Shown here one piece after another: positions 55,451 through 64,000 of a stretch of DNA of 64,000 nt. Made by a program: the position numbers and the translations under genes. Every line of letters begins with the position of its first letter. Position 1 is the first letter of the stretch. This stretch comes from a virus: positions 3,733-67,732 of IMG/VR virus record IMGVR_UViG_3300037119_003505; one strand, written 5' to 3'. Under the pieces are notes generated by a model that was not told the DNA's origin, did no database searches, and saw only the letters and a program-made list of their open reading frames with translations.

Positions 55451-55663
55451 TCAGTGTCCGGCAGCGCAGTCCGGGCAGCCCTTGTGACTGTGCGCCCATC
55501 CGTGCTTGGCGCAGGCGCGCGGTGCGTCACCGTCGCGGCACTGCGGACACGGCTTGCCGGCGCAGTCCCATCCGTGGTAGTGACAGGTGAAGAAGCGAAC
55601 GCGATGGTGTCGCATTGGAGGATCGTTGTCCGGTTCAAGTGGTTGCCAGTCGTAGAGGTTCAT
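55451..55663 (-). CDS. Small Cys/His-rich protein with duplicated CxxHG...CPxC motif
   Basis: CHYHGW...CPQC and CAKHGW...CPDC. Confidence 0.55.
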   Translation of the reverse strand: MNLYDWQPLEPDNDPPMRHHRVRFFTCHYHGWDCAGKPCPQCRDGDAPRACAKHGWAHSHKGCPDCAAGH

Positions 55664-55872
55664 GGCTGCGGATTCATGATGCGCCAGACGCGCCGTATTT
55701 CGGCTTGCGTCAGTAAGTGGTCGAGTTGCGTCAGTTCGGCGTGCAGGGCGTCGCGCTGCCGTTCCAGTTTCTGCGCGAAGGCGAAGACGGCACGCTGATT
55801 CGGCGTGAAGTCCTCGACCGGCCCGAAACATCCGAAGGCCGCATCCGTCTCTGGCGTCGGTCGCTTGTTCAT
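55660..55872 (-). CDS. Small hypothetical protein
   Basis: RPTPETDA...FAQKLERQRD. Confidence 0.55.
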   Translation of the reverse strand: MNKRPTPETDAAFGCFGPVEDFTPNQRAVFAFAQKLERQRDALHAELTQLDHLLTQAEIRRVWRIMNPQP

Positions 55873-55880
55873 GGCTTCGG

Positions 55881-55955
55881 TTACTTGCGGCTGAACCCGT
55901 AGCCGAGCGCCGCCGCCACGGTGACGGTCACGAGGAGGGCGAGGATGCGGATCAT
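55881..55955 (-). CDS. 24-aa single-TM peptide MIRILALLVTVTVAAALGYGFSRK
   Basis: Manual translation; fills the gap between coupled genes. Confidence 0.45.
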   Translation of the reverse strand: MIRILALLVTVTVAAALGYGFSRK

Positions 55956-56212
55956 GGTGCGGGTTCTGTTGCTGGAGGCAGTTCTGGTAACGATGTAGGC
56001 GTGTCGAAGCGCACGATAATGCTGTCCTTTACGGAACTAAATCCACTCCGTTGCCGCACCCACCCGCCCGCGCACTCGTAGAATTGGCCGTTCATGATCT
56101 TGGCGGTCTTGTCGCCCTTTGAAATCGAGTTGACCACGTTTTCCTCCCAAGGCGTCTCTGGCGTAAGCACCAACTGAGTAATGCCGTCCTCGATATAGAT
56201 AGCTGTCTTCAT
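55952..56212 (-). CDS. Hypothetical protein
   Basis: Coupled ORF MKTAIYIEDG. Confidence 0.55.
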   Translation of the reverse strand: MKTAIYIEDGITQLVLTPETPWEENVVNSISKGDKTAKIMNGQFYECAGGWVRQRSGFSSVKDSIIVRFDTPTSLPELPPATEPAP

Positions 56213-57459
56213 CGCGCCTCCCTCGCCTGTTGCAGCGCCGCTTCGGGTTCCGCGCCGAGCGATGCGGCCTGAGTCTCGATCCAATCGGCGAATTTGATGC
56301 ACTGTTGCGCCAGCTTCTTCCAAAGTGCGTCACGGTCAGTTGAGAGTTCTGGAATCGGCAGTGCCCGCACAGTGGCGGCAAAAGCTCGCAGCTTCTCCTT
56401 GTCAGGAGCCAGTGCGGCCTTCTGTTCGGCAGCCAGCTTGGCGGCAGCGGCGTCGGCCTCGTGCTGCCGTTGTGCGGCCAGTTCGGCTTCGGCGGCTTCG
56501 CGAGCTTCGCGTTCGCGGAACATGACAAGATCGGCTTCGCGCTGTTTCCTCATTGCCACTTCCTCCAAGGCTGCCTTCTCCGCGTCGGCCTTCTGTTGCA
56601 GCACCTTGGCCCGCTCGTCCGCTTCTGCGCGCTCCTGGGCCAGCTTACGTTCATGCTCGTCCCGTTCGGCTGCGATGCGGGCTTCACGCGCCTCGGCTTC
56701 GGCCCGTAGGCGCTCGTTCTCGACGTATTGCTGCTGGCGCTCCTCGTCATGCAGGCGCTTCGCATCCACGATCTTCGAGAACATGGACGCGAACTGTTCC
56801 TCCGGGAGTGTGCCGAGATCCAGCCCGATGAACGGTGCCGAGAAGTCGCTGTATGGCGCGATCTCCAAGCGCCGATCCGCGCGCAGCTTGTCCTTTCGTG
56901 CTGTCTCGGCAGCGGCAGCCGCTTCCTCAGCCTCGCGCTTCAGCCGGTCTTCGTGCCCCACTTTGATGTCGGCGAACTGCGCCTCCCACACCGGAACGTC
57001 CAACAGATGCAGGTTCAGGTTCGCGGGGTCGATTCCGGGCCGCAGGTACGGGCGCACCGCGTCCTCGCGCTCGCGCTTCAGGGTGGCGACTCGCGCCTCT
57101 TCTTGCTTGGCTGCGTAGTCCTCCCTGTCCTGCAACTTCAGTTCCCATGACTCGAACAGTTCGCGGATGCGCTTTGCCTCAGCGTCGATTTCGGCGAGTT
57201 CGCGCTTGCGGCCTGTGACGAGTGACTGCCGCGCCTTCTCTAGTCCGATGCGATGCTCACGGAACTTGAGCCGCGCCTGTCGGGCAAGCTTCTGGGATGC
57301 CGGATCGTCGGGCTTCAGCGTCAGCGCGCCTTCTGCCACAGCGACCAACTCGGTCAACTGGTGCTGGTAGCTTTTGAAGGGCTGGATCGGCTTCGCGCCG
57401 GCCAGATCGGCGTCGCTCACTGGTGCGGGTTCGGTTGCGGGTGCGGTGTCAGGTTTCAT
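56209..57459 (-). CDS. Long coiled-coil protein
   Basis: Glu/Ala/Arg-rich heptads, 416 aa. Confidence 0.7.
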   Translation of the reverse strand: MKPDTAPATEPAPVSDADLAGAKPIQPFKSYQHQLTELVAVAEGALTLKPDDPASQKLARQARLKFREHRIGLEKARQSLVTGRKRELAEIDAEAKRIRELFESWELKLQDREDYAAKQEEARVATLKREREDAVRPYLRPGIDPANLNLHLLDVPVWEAQFADIKVGHEDRLKREAEEAAAAAETARKDKLRADRRLEIAPYSDFSAPFIGLDLGTLPEEQFASMFSKIVDAKRLHDEERQQQYVENERLRAEAEAREARIAAERDEHERKLAQERAEADERAKVLQQKADAEKAALEEVAMRKQREADLVMFREREAREAAEAELAAQRQHEADAAAAKLAAEQKAALAPDKEKLRAFAATVRALPIPELSTDRDALWKKLAQQCIKFADWIETQAASLGAEPEAALQQAREAR

Positions 57460-57469
57460 GGTGTCAGGG

Positions 57470-57676
57470 TTATTCAGGTTTCGGAAGTGTAGCGACGTGT
57501 GGATAGCCGTGCGCGACAGCCCAAGCCGTCACGTCTGGCCCGCCGTCCCAAGTGGCTTGATCGGCCACGCCGTCAACCTCGGCTTCGCGGTCAAGCGTGG
57601 CGACGACCTCGTTCGAGTCGGTGGAGTAGAACTGCGCGACGTTGCCGCGATCATCTACTTCGTAAGGTTCAGGCAT
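57470..57676 (-). CDS. Small acidic hypothetical protein
   Basis: AACCAACAACCTGACACC-ATG start. Confidence 0.55.
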   Translation of the reverse strand: MPEPYEVDDRGNVAQFYSTDSNEVVATLDREAEVDGVADQATWDGGPDVTAWAVAHGYPHVATLPKPE

Positions 57677-57700
57677 GGTGTCAGGTTGTTGGTTAATGTT

Positions 57701-58123
57701 TCACTTTTGCAGTTCCCAGTCCTCGTCGTCGAGTTGCGGTTCTTTCCATCCTTCGATCACGCCTTCCGCGGTGATCTTCAGGATGATGTAATCGCCGAAT
57801 CCGCGCTCGCCGACTGCCAGAATGTCCGGCACATAGTCGCCCTTGTATTTGGCGCGCCGTCCTTCTTTGTCTTCCAGGTGGTATTCACCGGCATCGCAGA
57901 CCTTGTAGTGGATGTCTGCCGTCGTGTCGGTCGGCCAGTTCAGAACCTTTCCGGTTGCGAGTTCGATAGCGGGACGCCACAGGTCGCCAGATCGGAATGG
58001 GATCAGGGTTCCAGCTTTGTCGGAAATGCCGTTTACCTCGGTGTCCTCCCAGTAGCGAACTCCTGCGCTTACGAGTAGCCGGACTGGCGTGAATTCGATG
58101 GTGGATGGGATTTGGATTGTCAT
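57701..58123 (-). CDS. Conserved-type phage protein
   Basis: VRYWED...HYKVCDAG...YVP...GDYI. Confidence 0.7.
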   Translation of the reverse strand: MTIQIPSTIEFTPVRLLVSAGVRYWEDTEVNGISDKAGTLIPFRSGDLWRPAIELATGKVLNWPTDTTADIHYKVCDAGEYHLEDKEGRRAKYKGDYVPDILAVGERGFGDYIILKITAEGVIEGWKEPQLDDEDWELQK

Positions 58124-58147
58124 GGGTTGGTCAGGTTGTTGGTTGCG

Positions 58148-58420
58148 TTACAGCGGCGGATACTCCGTGAAGTGCGGTTGCGGTGGCCGATCCGCCGCTG
58201 CGGCTGGCATGTGCGTGCTGATGGCGGTGACGCGGGCCAGTTCGGCGCGGCACTCAGCGAGTTCCCATGCGAGCGTGAAGATCAGCCCGTCGCCACAGCA
58301 GTCTCGCCAAGGCTCTCCGTATCGCAATGCAACAAGTCGTCCAGATGCGTCGTGCTGGACGGTGTATTTTCCGTCGCCGACTGTGACGCTGAATGTGGCT
58401 GGTTCCTTTGTATCGCTCAT
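58148..58420 (-). CDS. Hypothetical protein
   Basis: GKYTV...ALRYGEPWRD. Confidence 0.55.
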   Translation of the reverse strand: MSDTKEPATFSVTVGDGKYTVQHDASGRLVALRYGEPWRDCCGDGLIFTLAWELAECRAELARVTAISTHMPAAAADRPPQPHFTEYPPL

Positions 58421-58423
58421 GGT

Positions 58424-58606
58424 TCAGTGGTTGTGGTAGAATTCTTGCGCTTCCTGCTGTGTGGTTCCTGCGGGTGCGACCACGATAGCGTATTCATCAG
58501 CCCCGGTTTCGACTTCGATAATTTCCGCATCCGGTTCCTGCTTCAGTGCTTTCTTCACAGCACTCCAGTTCGGTTGCGCTTTCCAGTCCCAAGAAATGAT
58601 TGTCAT
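58424..58606 (-). CDS. Small hypothetical protein
   Basis: In operon. Confidence 0.55.
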   Translation of the reverse strand: MTIISWDWKAQPNWSAVKKALKQEPDAEIIEVETGADEYAIVVAPAGTTQQEAQEFYHNH

Positions 58607-58953
58607 AATTCAGTCTCCAGCTTCGGCGCATCGGTCCTGTATTCCAAAGACAGCCACTCCGGACGTTGCAGCACGTTGAGCTGCTCGACAGGTCGCCAGC
58701 GCGGCTCGTCGCCGAACTGCTTGGCGACCCATTGCCACAGCGGACGCCCCTCAGCGAATGCGTCAAAGAACGGCCTCATGGCTGCGCACTGCTCGGGCCA
58801 CATATCGGCACTCGCCAGCGGGATCGGCGCGAAGTCCCGCACGTCATGGACGCCGAACCGCTCGTCGCGGATGCGCTCGGCAGCAAGCCGCTCGGCTGCG
58901 GCGTCGCGCTGAAGCTGGAAGGCGTCCTGGGTGTTGGAGAGGAACTGCGGCAT
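58603..58953 (-). CDS. Hypothetical protein
   Basis: In operon. Confidence 0.5.
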   Translation of the reverse strand: MPQFLSNTQDAFQLQRDAAAERLAAERIRDERFGVHDVRDFAPIPLASADMWPEQCAAMRPFFDAFAEGRPLWQWVAKQFGDEPRWRPVEQLNVLQRPEWLSLEYRTDAPKLETEL

Positions 58954-58955
58954 GG

Positions 58956-59504
58956 CTAGCAGCCGCAACTGAAGTACGTGTCGCGGTCCCCAATCTTGCC
59001 GGTGATGCGCTCCCAATGAGTCCACCATTCGTCGTCGATGTGGTCGCGCGAATCCTCGTACGGGCCGACAGTGTGTTCGTGTCCCGCATGGATCGCGGAT
59101 GCGTAGGCATCGTCCTCGGAACGCTGGCCACCATCGCCGTAGTAGTCCTCGCCCATGTGCTTCACCGCCCACTTGCGCATCCACAATTCGGAGTCGGTTT
59201 TCTGTGACGCTGGCGCGGCGATTGTGGTGAACGCCGGATGCGCCCACTCGTGCCGCAGCGACGTGATGCTGCCGGGATACAGAAACAGCCAGCATCGCGC
59301 GCCCTTGTTCGCCGCGCCGATCAGGAACGGGTCAATGACGCCGACGTATGGCTTCACGTACTCGGATGCCAGTCCGTCCGCGTCGATGCCGCAGTGCCGT
59401 CCCGCTGTGGTAATGTGCGCGACCGTGACGGGCGCTACCGCCATGTGGATCGCGTCGCGCTCCTGCGGTTCGGTGATGAGTTGTCCGATTTTGAGTTTGT
59501 CCAT
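58956..59504 (-). CDS. Hypothetical protein
   Basis: RDAIHMAVAPV...GVIDPFL...LYPGSITSLRHEW. Confidence 0.65.
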   Translation of the reverse strand: MDKLKIGQLITEPQERDAIHMAVAPVTVAHITTAGRHCGIDADGLASEYVKPYVGVIDPFLIGAANKGARCWLFLYPGSITSLRHEWAHPAFTTIAAPASQKTDSELWMRKWAVKHMGEDYYGDGGQRSEDDAYASAIHAGHEHTVGPYEDSRDHIDDEWWTHWERITGKIGDRDTYFSCGC

Positions 59505-59572
59505 AATTTTGAAAAGTTTCGCGGTCTCTCCCGCGCGTCACGCTCTAGTCGGCGTTGACTGGATTCGTTTTT

Positions 59573-59998
59573 TTACGAGGTCGGGGCCTCGCCATCAAAA
59601 GGGACATCGACCGGCTCCAGATCGGGATCGTCTGGCGGCGGAGGCGGTGTCTGCCGTTGCGGCGGACGCTGCGGCGCTTGCTGTTGCTGCGGCGGCTCCA
59701 GCGCGACACGAATTGCGGGCACGAGCTTGCCCTGAAACTCGACCTTTTTGGTGACGAGCCAGATGGTTTCGCCCGGCCAGTCGTCGGTGTCTTGCTTGCC
59801 GGTGACTTCCGCGATGATGGAGGCATTGGTCTTATTGCAGACCAGCGCCTTGTCCTTGCCCTCGAAGTGGACGATCAGCTTATCGCCGTCGTCAAACTCC
59901 TTCACTTCCACTTTGTTGATCTTGACCCTGACGTTCCTGCCGCCGAGGTCTTCGGCCTTGAGGAAACCCCCGCCGAATACTGAGTTGATGTTTGCCAT
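59573..59998 (-). CDS. Putative ssDNA-binding protein
   Basis: FLKAEDL, LVCNKTN OB-like core; Pro/Gln linker and acidic DVPF tail. Confidence 0.6.
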   Translation of the reverse strand: MANINSVFGGGFLKAEDLGGRNVRVKINKVEVKEFDDGDKLIVHFEGKDKALVCNKTNASIIAEVTGKQDTDDWPGETIWLVTKKVEFQGKLVPAIRVALEPPQQQQAPQRPPQRQTPPPPPDDPDLEPVDVPFDGEAPTS

Positions 59999-60057
59999 GT
60001 GCTTGTCTTGTTCTTGTTCTTGGTTTGTTTGTTGAATGCCGGTTCTACCGGCGAAAG

Positions 60058-60354
60058 TTACTCAGCCTCCCGCTCCACGATGGCGACGCACTCCCCGAAC
60101 GACGCAGCCGCAGCCCGCAGCGCGAAGAACGGAGCTTTGCCGCTCTGAGGCTGCCCCATGACGACGCAGCGCCACGGCAGCGTCACCACGGTGCCAAGCT
60201 GGCAGCGGAAGCCGTTGCCGCGGTTCTCGCCCAGCGGCATGACGTAGCGGGCAGTCAGTTTGGTGCGGCGCTCGGCGTCCTCGGCTGCCTGGTGCTGCTC
60301 GGCGCTGGTGCCGGCGAGGCTGACGAGCGGGCTGATGGGGTCGTGTGGTGTCAT
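60058..60354 (-). CDS. Hypothetical protein
   Basis: In operon. Confidence 0.4.
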   Translation of the reverse strand: MTPHDPISPLVSLAGTSAEQHQAAEDAERRTKLTARYVMPLGENRGNGFRCQLGTVVTLPWRCVVMGQPQSGKAPFFALRAAAASFGECVAIVEREAE

Positions 60355-60357
60355 GGG

Positions 60358-60630
60358 TTAAACGGGTTGGTGAGCCATGATCACCCATCCGGTCGCCAGT
60401 CCGTAAATCGGCCCTCGCAAGATGTAGGTGACTTGGGCTTTGATGGAGTATCCGGTGTAGATGAGCGGGCTGCCGTTTTTCATCTCCAATCCAGTGTGCT
60501 CAGTCTCCTGAAGAATCAGCATGTCGCCGATCTGATAGTCTCGGTCGTTGAATCGAATCTCGAAGTTCTTCTTTCCGTCCTGAGTAGCGTCGAATACCTC
60601 GGAGTCTGTTTTGAGTTCGTGTTGTTTCAT
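60358..60630 (-). CDS. DUF3850 / ASCH-PUA domain protein
   Basis: HELK...GKKNFEIRFNDRDYQIGD. Confidence 0.85.
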   Translation of the reverse strand: MKQHELKTDSEVFDATQDGKKNFEIRFNDRDYQIGDMLILQETEHTGLEMKNGSPLIYTGYSIKAQVTYILRGPIYGLATGWVIMAHQPV

Positions 60631-60645
60631 AGATTCGTGTCTCAG

Positions 60646-60987
60646 TTACTTGCTCGCCACGGTTCGGCGCGGCTTCGGCAGCAGCGACTTCAGGAACGCG
60701 AGCATCCGGGCGGCGGCGGCGCGGAACTGCGGGCTGTCGAGGCCGTGCATGTAGCAGGCGATCCTCGCTTTATTGTACGGCGTGCCCGCGCAACCCGGCT
60801 GGCCGGTCTTGAGAAACACCGGACACTCGACGCAACTGTCCACGCGCAGGATGAACCTCACACATAATGCGCAATCGTATGCGCCAATAGACTCGTTCTT
60901 GCGGCGCTTCCCGGTCGCCAGCCGCGTCCAGTGCGCGATGCTGGCACGTAGGTCGGGCAAGGTCTTGGCGGGCATGGGCGGCTTCAT
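60646..60987 (-). CDS. Cys-rich hypothetical protein
   Basis: CALC...CVECP...GCAGTPY. Confidence 0.6.
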   Translation of the reverse strand: MKPPMPAKTLPDLRASIAHWTRLATGKRRKNESIGAYDCALCVRFILRVDSCVECPVFLKTGQPGCAGTPYNKARIACYMHGLDSPQFRAAAARMLAFLKSLLPKPRRTVASK

Positions 60988-61406
60988 GAGTTGTCCTCCA
61001 CCACGGCAGTCACGCCGTCTTTGTCCATCGCCAATGGGATCAGCCAGCGCAGGTTGGGGATTGTCTGTAAGTCCTCGATGTTCTGAGTGCGGAAGATCGC
61101 CACTTGCTCGGCCTCAGCTGATTGCAGCGCCATCAAATCCCCAGTCGTCTCGAAGAAGTGGATCTCACCGCCACGAAACTTCAGGACGCAGAAGTGCCGC
61201 CACTGAGTTTGCAGCACTCCGGTTTCCTCCTTGAACTCCCGAACCATCGCGTCCGTAGGGTTCTCGTCCGTCTCCTCGATCTTGCCGCCAATGGCGTTCA
61301 GCTTTCCGCGCTGCCAGTCAGGCTTCTGCTTCCTGATGAGCGCGACGTAGCGACGATCTGCGCTGAACATGAAGCCAGCGACGTAGTTGGTCCGCTTGTC
61401 GCTCAC
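60984..61406 (-). CDS. Nudix hydrolase
   Basis: GGKIEETDENPTDAMVREFKEETG Nudix box. Confidence 0.85.
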   Translation of the reverse strand: MSDKRTNYVAGFMFSADRRYVALIRKQKPDWQRGKLNAIGGKIEETDENPTDAMVREFKEETGVLQTQWRHFCVLKFRGGEIHFFETTGDLMALQSAEAEQVAIFRTQNIEDLQTIPNLRWLIPLAMDKDGVTAVVEDNS

Positions 61407-61612
61407 TTGCTCCTCCTCGCGTTCTGCCGCAGCGCCGCCGTCTGCGCGGGCGTCCGCTTCCGTTTCTTGGCGGCGTGCGCCAGCTTCGAGATGCGGCGGT
61501 AGTGCGCTGTGGTGCGGCGCTTCGAGGCTCCGGTGCCGTTGCGGCCCCCGCGCTCGCCGCCGTCTGTTACGGCGCGTCCGATGCGAGCGGCTTCTGTGTC
61601 GGTGAGTGGCAT
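61403..61612 (-). CDS. Small basic peptide (GGERGG type)
   Basis: Arg/Lys-rich, coupled to Nudix start. Confidence 0.5.
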   Translation of the reverse strand: MPLTDTEAARIGRAVTDGGERGGRNGTGASKRRTTAHYRRISKLAHAAKKRKRTPAQTAALRQNARRSK

Positions 61613-61626
61613 GATCGTAGTAGTGC

Positions 61627-62148
61627 TTATTGAACAACCTGCGGCGGATAGTCAGTGCCGCGAATCTTGGCGATGCACTCCAGTAGTATGCGGCCAGACT
61701 GGCGAGCGTCGTAGAGTGGATGATGTTTCGGCAGTTCGTATGGCAGCCGCTCGTATGTCCCGACAGGATCGCGTCCGGCGAGCAACAGCGCCGTCGCGAC
61801 TTCGTGCAGTGGGTAGGGATTCAGACCGCACTCGCTTAGGAAGTTTGACTCCACCGGAACGCCGCAGTCGGAAGTCGGGCAGCAATCCTTATGCGTCTCG
61901 ACAACGCCAACAAACCATTCGCGCAAGCCTTCCAAGGACAGTGGAGATTCAGGATGTGTGACTCCTCGCGGAAGATTCTCCATCAGCCACATCAAATCCT
62001 CCGAGGCACACGGAACCGAGTTGATCCCAGCACTGCGCCAATCCGATTCCATCGTCATACCGGATTCGTCATCGACGATGCAGTATCCCACCGCGAAGCC
62101 TTGGCCGCAAAGGCCGGCGCTCTCAACATCAAACACGAGAAATTTCAT
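61627..62148 (-). CDS. DEDD 3'-5' exonuclease
   Basis: VFDVES (Exo I), HHPLYDA (Exo III). Confidence 0.75.
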   Translation of the reverse strand: MKFLVFDVESAGLCGQGFAVGYCIVDDESGMTMESDWRSAGINSVPCASEDLMWLMENLPRGVTHPESPLSLEGLREWFVGVVETHKDCCPTSDCGVPVESNFLSECGLNPYPLHEVATALLLAGRDPVGTYERLPYELPKHHPLYDARQSGRILLECIAKIRGTDYPPQVVQ

Positions 62149-62241
62149 GGGCGCACTATTGCCGCAACCGCAAGCCCCTTGCAACAACTTTCTCGCACCG
62201 CACTGAGACTGTCTCAGCATCACAGTGATGCCGACTCGGTA

Positions 62242-62409
62242 TCACAGCCTCGGTCGCCGATTCGCCACGACGCAGCAGATCGCCACCGCTACGAACAGCA
62301 GCGCCAGCACGAACACGCCGCCCCGCACAGCGCCGTGCGCGGACTCGCTACAGCCCGTCAGGCACAGCAGCGCGAGCAACAGCAACAGTGCCCAGTGCTG
62401 ACATGTCAT
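62242..62409 (-). CDS. 55-aa putative lipoprotein with C-terminal TM
   Basis: Not in track; MTCQHWALLLLLALLCLTGC (lipobox) SESAHGAVRGG VFVLALLFVAVAICCVVANRRPRL. Confidence 0.5.
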   Translation of the reverse strand: MTCQHWALLLLLALLCLTGCSESAHGAVRGGVFVLALLFVAVAICCVVANRRPRL

Positions 62410-62828
62410 GGCGCGGAGAGTCGCAGTGCCGTCACGACGTTGAAAAGCTTTTGCGTCAGGTCCATTGGATGCGCGGCGTCCTGCCGTTTCGTCACCACTT
62501 CAACGGCGCGCGGGATCTCGGTTTCAGGATTCGTCAGCGACCCCTTGCACACGAAGCCGTCGCACACCTTGATCAGATCGGCCCGCGCTTCTTTTCCGGT
62601 CAGCATGATGAGGGGGCACTTTCGACACGCCACCCTCGCTCTCGCGATCACGATGGCGGCGGAATCGCCGAACGCCGACATGTCCACGAAGCAGGCGTCG
62701 TAGTGTTCCGCCACCAGCACATTCTCGGCTTCCTCTACCGTTTTGGCGAGGGTGCAATGATGGCCTTTGAGCGCAGATGCCACCCAGTCGAAGAATGCCT
62801 TGTCCGTTTCCAGAAAAATCAGATTCAT
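62406..62828 (-). CDS. Stand-alone response-regulator receiver (CheY-like) domain
   Basis: LIFLETD, ACFVDM (phosphoacceptor Asp), LIMLTG, FVCKG. Confidence 0.75.
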   Translation of the reverse strand: MNLIFLETDKAFFDWVASALKGHHCTLAKTVEEAENVLVAEHYDACFVDMSAFGDSAAIVIARARVACRKCPLIMLTGKEARADLIKVCDGFVCKGSLTNPETEIPRAVEVVTKRQDAAHPMDLTQKLFNVVTALRLSAP

Positions 62829-63091
62829 TTGCGCGCCTCGTCGAGTTCCGAAATGGTGTCGCGCCCGATCTGTTGCAGAGACTTCAGCTCGGACGAGATC
62901 AAAAGGTTCGCGACGGTTCTGCAAAGACGGTCGGTAGCGGCGATGCTCTCGTCAAGCTTCTTGCCGACACCCGACACGTATAGTTTCAGCCCAAGCGCCG
63001 TCAGGATTCCACCCATCACAAGCCCGAGCGTCACGCCGGACTGTCCGGACAGCAGGTGTTCAAGTGAGGTGGAGATGTCGGCGAGGCTCAT
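62825..63091 (-). CDS. Single-TM plus coil membrane protein (holin-like)
   Basis: GVTLGLVMGGILTALGL TM. Confidence 0.5.
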   Translation of the reverse strand: MSLADISTSLEHLLSGQSGVTLGLVMGGILTALGLKLYVSGVGKKLDESIAATDRLCRTVANLLISSELKSLQQIGRDTISELDEARK

Positions 63092-63093
63092 GT

Positions 63094-63561
63094 TCAGTGA
63101 CGGTAGAACGCCAGCGCCAGTGCCGCCAGCGCGAGGATGTAGCCGATGATCTCGCGGATGCCGTTTCCGCTGCCGTCCTTGACAGAGACGCGGACAGTGA
63201 GGGCAGCAATCTTGTCGTCGGTGGACTTGTGGTGACTCTCCATCAAATTCTTCTGCGCATCGATCTGTTTGGTGAAACTTTCTTCGCTTTTGGCCGCAGC
63301 CTCTTTCTGCGCGGTGAGCGCCGCATCGACCCTCTGTGCTGTGTCGGATTTTTGTTCCAGTCGCGCCCTCTCTAGTAGATCGAATTGCTGCTGAACCTTC
63401 TGGAACTTGACCTCCTTGAGACCAGTAATCGCATCAGTCTTCAAGATGATCACTTCTTCTAGGCACTTGAGTCGCGACTCAACCACATGCTGCAACGCCC
63501 CGATGTCACGTCGGAGGGCGTCGGTTGTGAGTGTGCTCGGATCTGGATTCGCAGTGCTCAT
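63094..63561 (-). CDS. Coiled-coil protein with C-terminal TM anchor
   Basis: Heptads then IIGYILALAALALAF. Confidence 0.6.
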   Translation of the reverse strand: MSTANPDPSTLTTDALRRDIGALQHVVESRLKCLEEVIILKTDAITGLKEVKFQKVQQQFDLLERARLEQKSDTAQRVDAALTAQKEAAAKSEESFTKQIDAQKNLMESHHKSTDDKIAALTVRVSVKDGSGNGIREIIGYILALAALALAFYRH

Positions 63562-63567
63562 TTTGAG

Positions 63568-63595
63568 TTGCACGACACACACCAATCAGTAAAAT
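63568..63595 (+). promoter_or_regulatory. Promoter TTGCAC-N16-TAAAAT followed by a leader hairpin (63600-63634)
   Basis: Read from sequence upstream of the HNH gene. Confidence 0.55.
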
Positions 63596-63662
63596 AGACG
63601 CGTTCGCCGAGGTGATTCAGACCACGGCAAACGCTAACCAACAACGAACGTAAATTCGCAAT

Positions 63663-64000
63663 ATGGCTACTCGACAACTCCCAGAACTCACGGAATCGGA
63701 CAAGGAAAGATTTTGGAAAAAGGTCAACAAGGACGGTCCTGTAATTAGACCTGAACTCGGTAGGTGCTGGATCTGGACAGCAGGCGCGATCAAGGACGGG
63801 TATGGCAGTTTTGGAATTCGTGACGGCGTGTTTTTGTCCCACCGCATCGCATGGAAAATTCGGTTCAGGCAATTCGACGAAACCCTCAGCGTGCTGCATT
63901 CCTGCGACAATCCGGGGTGCGTTCGGTGGGGCCATCTCTTTCTTGGAACGATGCGCGACAACATGAAGGACATGGCCCGCAAGAAGCGGCACCCCTGGTT
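63663..64000 (+). CDS. HNH homing endonuclease (partial, runs off right edge)
   Basis: Manual translation RFWKKV...CWIWT...GYG...SHRIAW...VLHSCDNPGCVRWGHLFLGT..DN. Confidence 0.9.
   Translation, partial: MATRQLPELTESDKERFWKKVNKDGPVIRPELGRCWIWTAGAIKDGYGSFGIRDGVFLSHRIAWKIRFRQFDETLSVLHSCDNPGCVRWGHLFLGTMRDNMKDMARKKRHPW

Noticed and set aside
62242-62409. Unimolecular spanin
   Set aside because: Lipobox plus C-terminal TM fits, but only about 11 residues lie between them, too short to span the periplasm
1-64000. Genetic-code reassignment, integrase/att site, DNA base-modification pathway
   Set aside because: Genes are intact in the standard code. No recombinase, dNMP hydroxymethylase or kinase set was seen and GATC is abundant. 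The window is partial, so absence is not proven.

Overview
Partial genome (about 60% GC) of a tailed dsDNA bacteriophage, probably with a podovirus-like virion. No integrase, DNA polymerase, major capsid gene, tRNA, CRISPR array or reverse transcriptase was seen in this window. Layout: portal (truncated at left edge), a GT-like gene and terminase large subunit (minus strand); a divergent plus-strand operon with a TerS-like gene and nine glycan synthesis/modification genes (3.9-12.7 kb); a minus-strand virion module (tail protein, collagen-like GPT protein, GT2-TPR glycosyltransferase, adaptor, three ejection-type proteins including one of 2505 aa; 12.7-27.9 kb); many small early/accessory genes (Dam-like MTase, Lar, ArdC-N, RusA-like, HNHs, DUF4326, DUF3310); a non-coding pac/parS-like region near 38.3-38.7 kb; a replication module (initiator, AEP primase-DnaB fusion, SSB-like); and Nudix, DEDD exonuclease, receiver-domain and membrane genes at the right end. 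The two best candidate novel systems are (1) a pair of paralogous modular non-coding RNA cassettes (28.7-29.05 kb minus, 48.6-49.2 kb plus) with covarying complementary loops, one of which carries a cloverleaf RNA inside a boxA-containing 25-bp stem, and (2) a near-complete branched-sugar glycosylation pathway coupled to a collagen-like virion protein. All functional calls come from motif recognition by eye; no database search or folding program was run.
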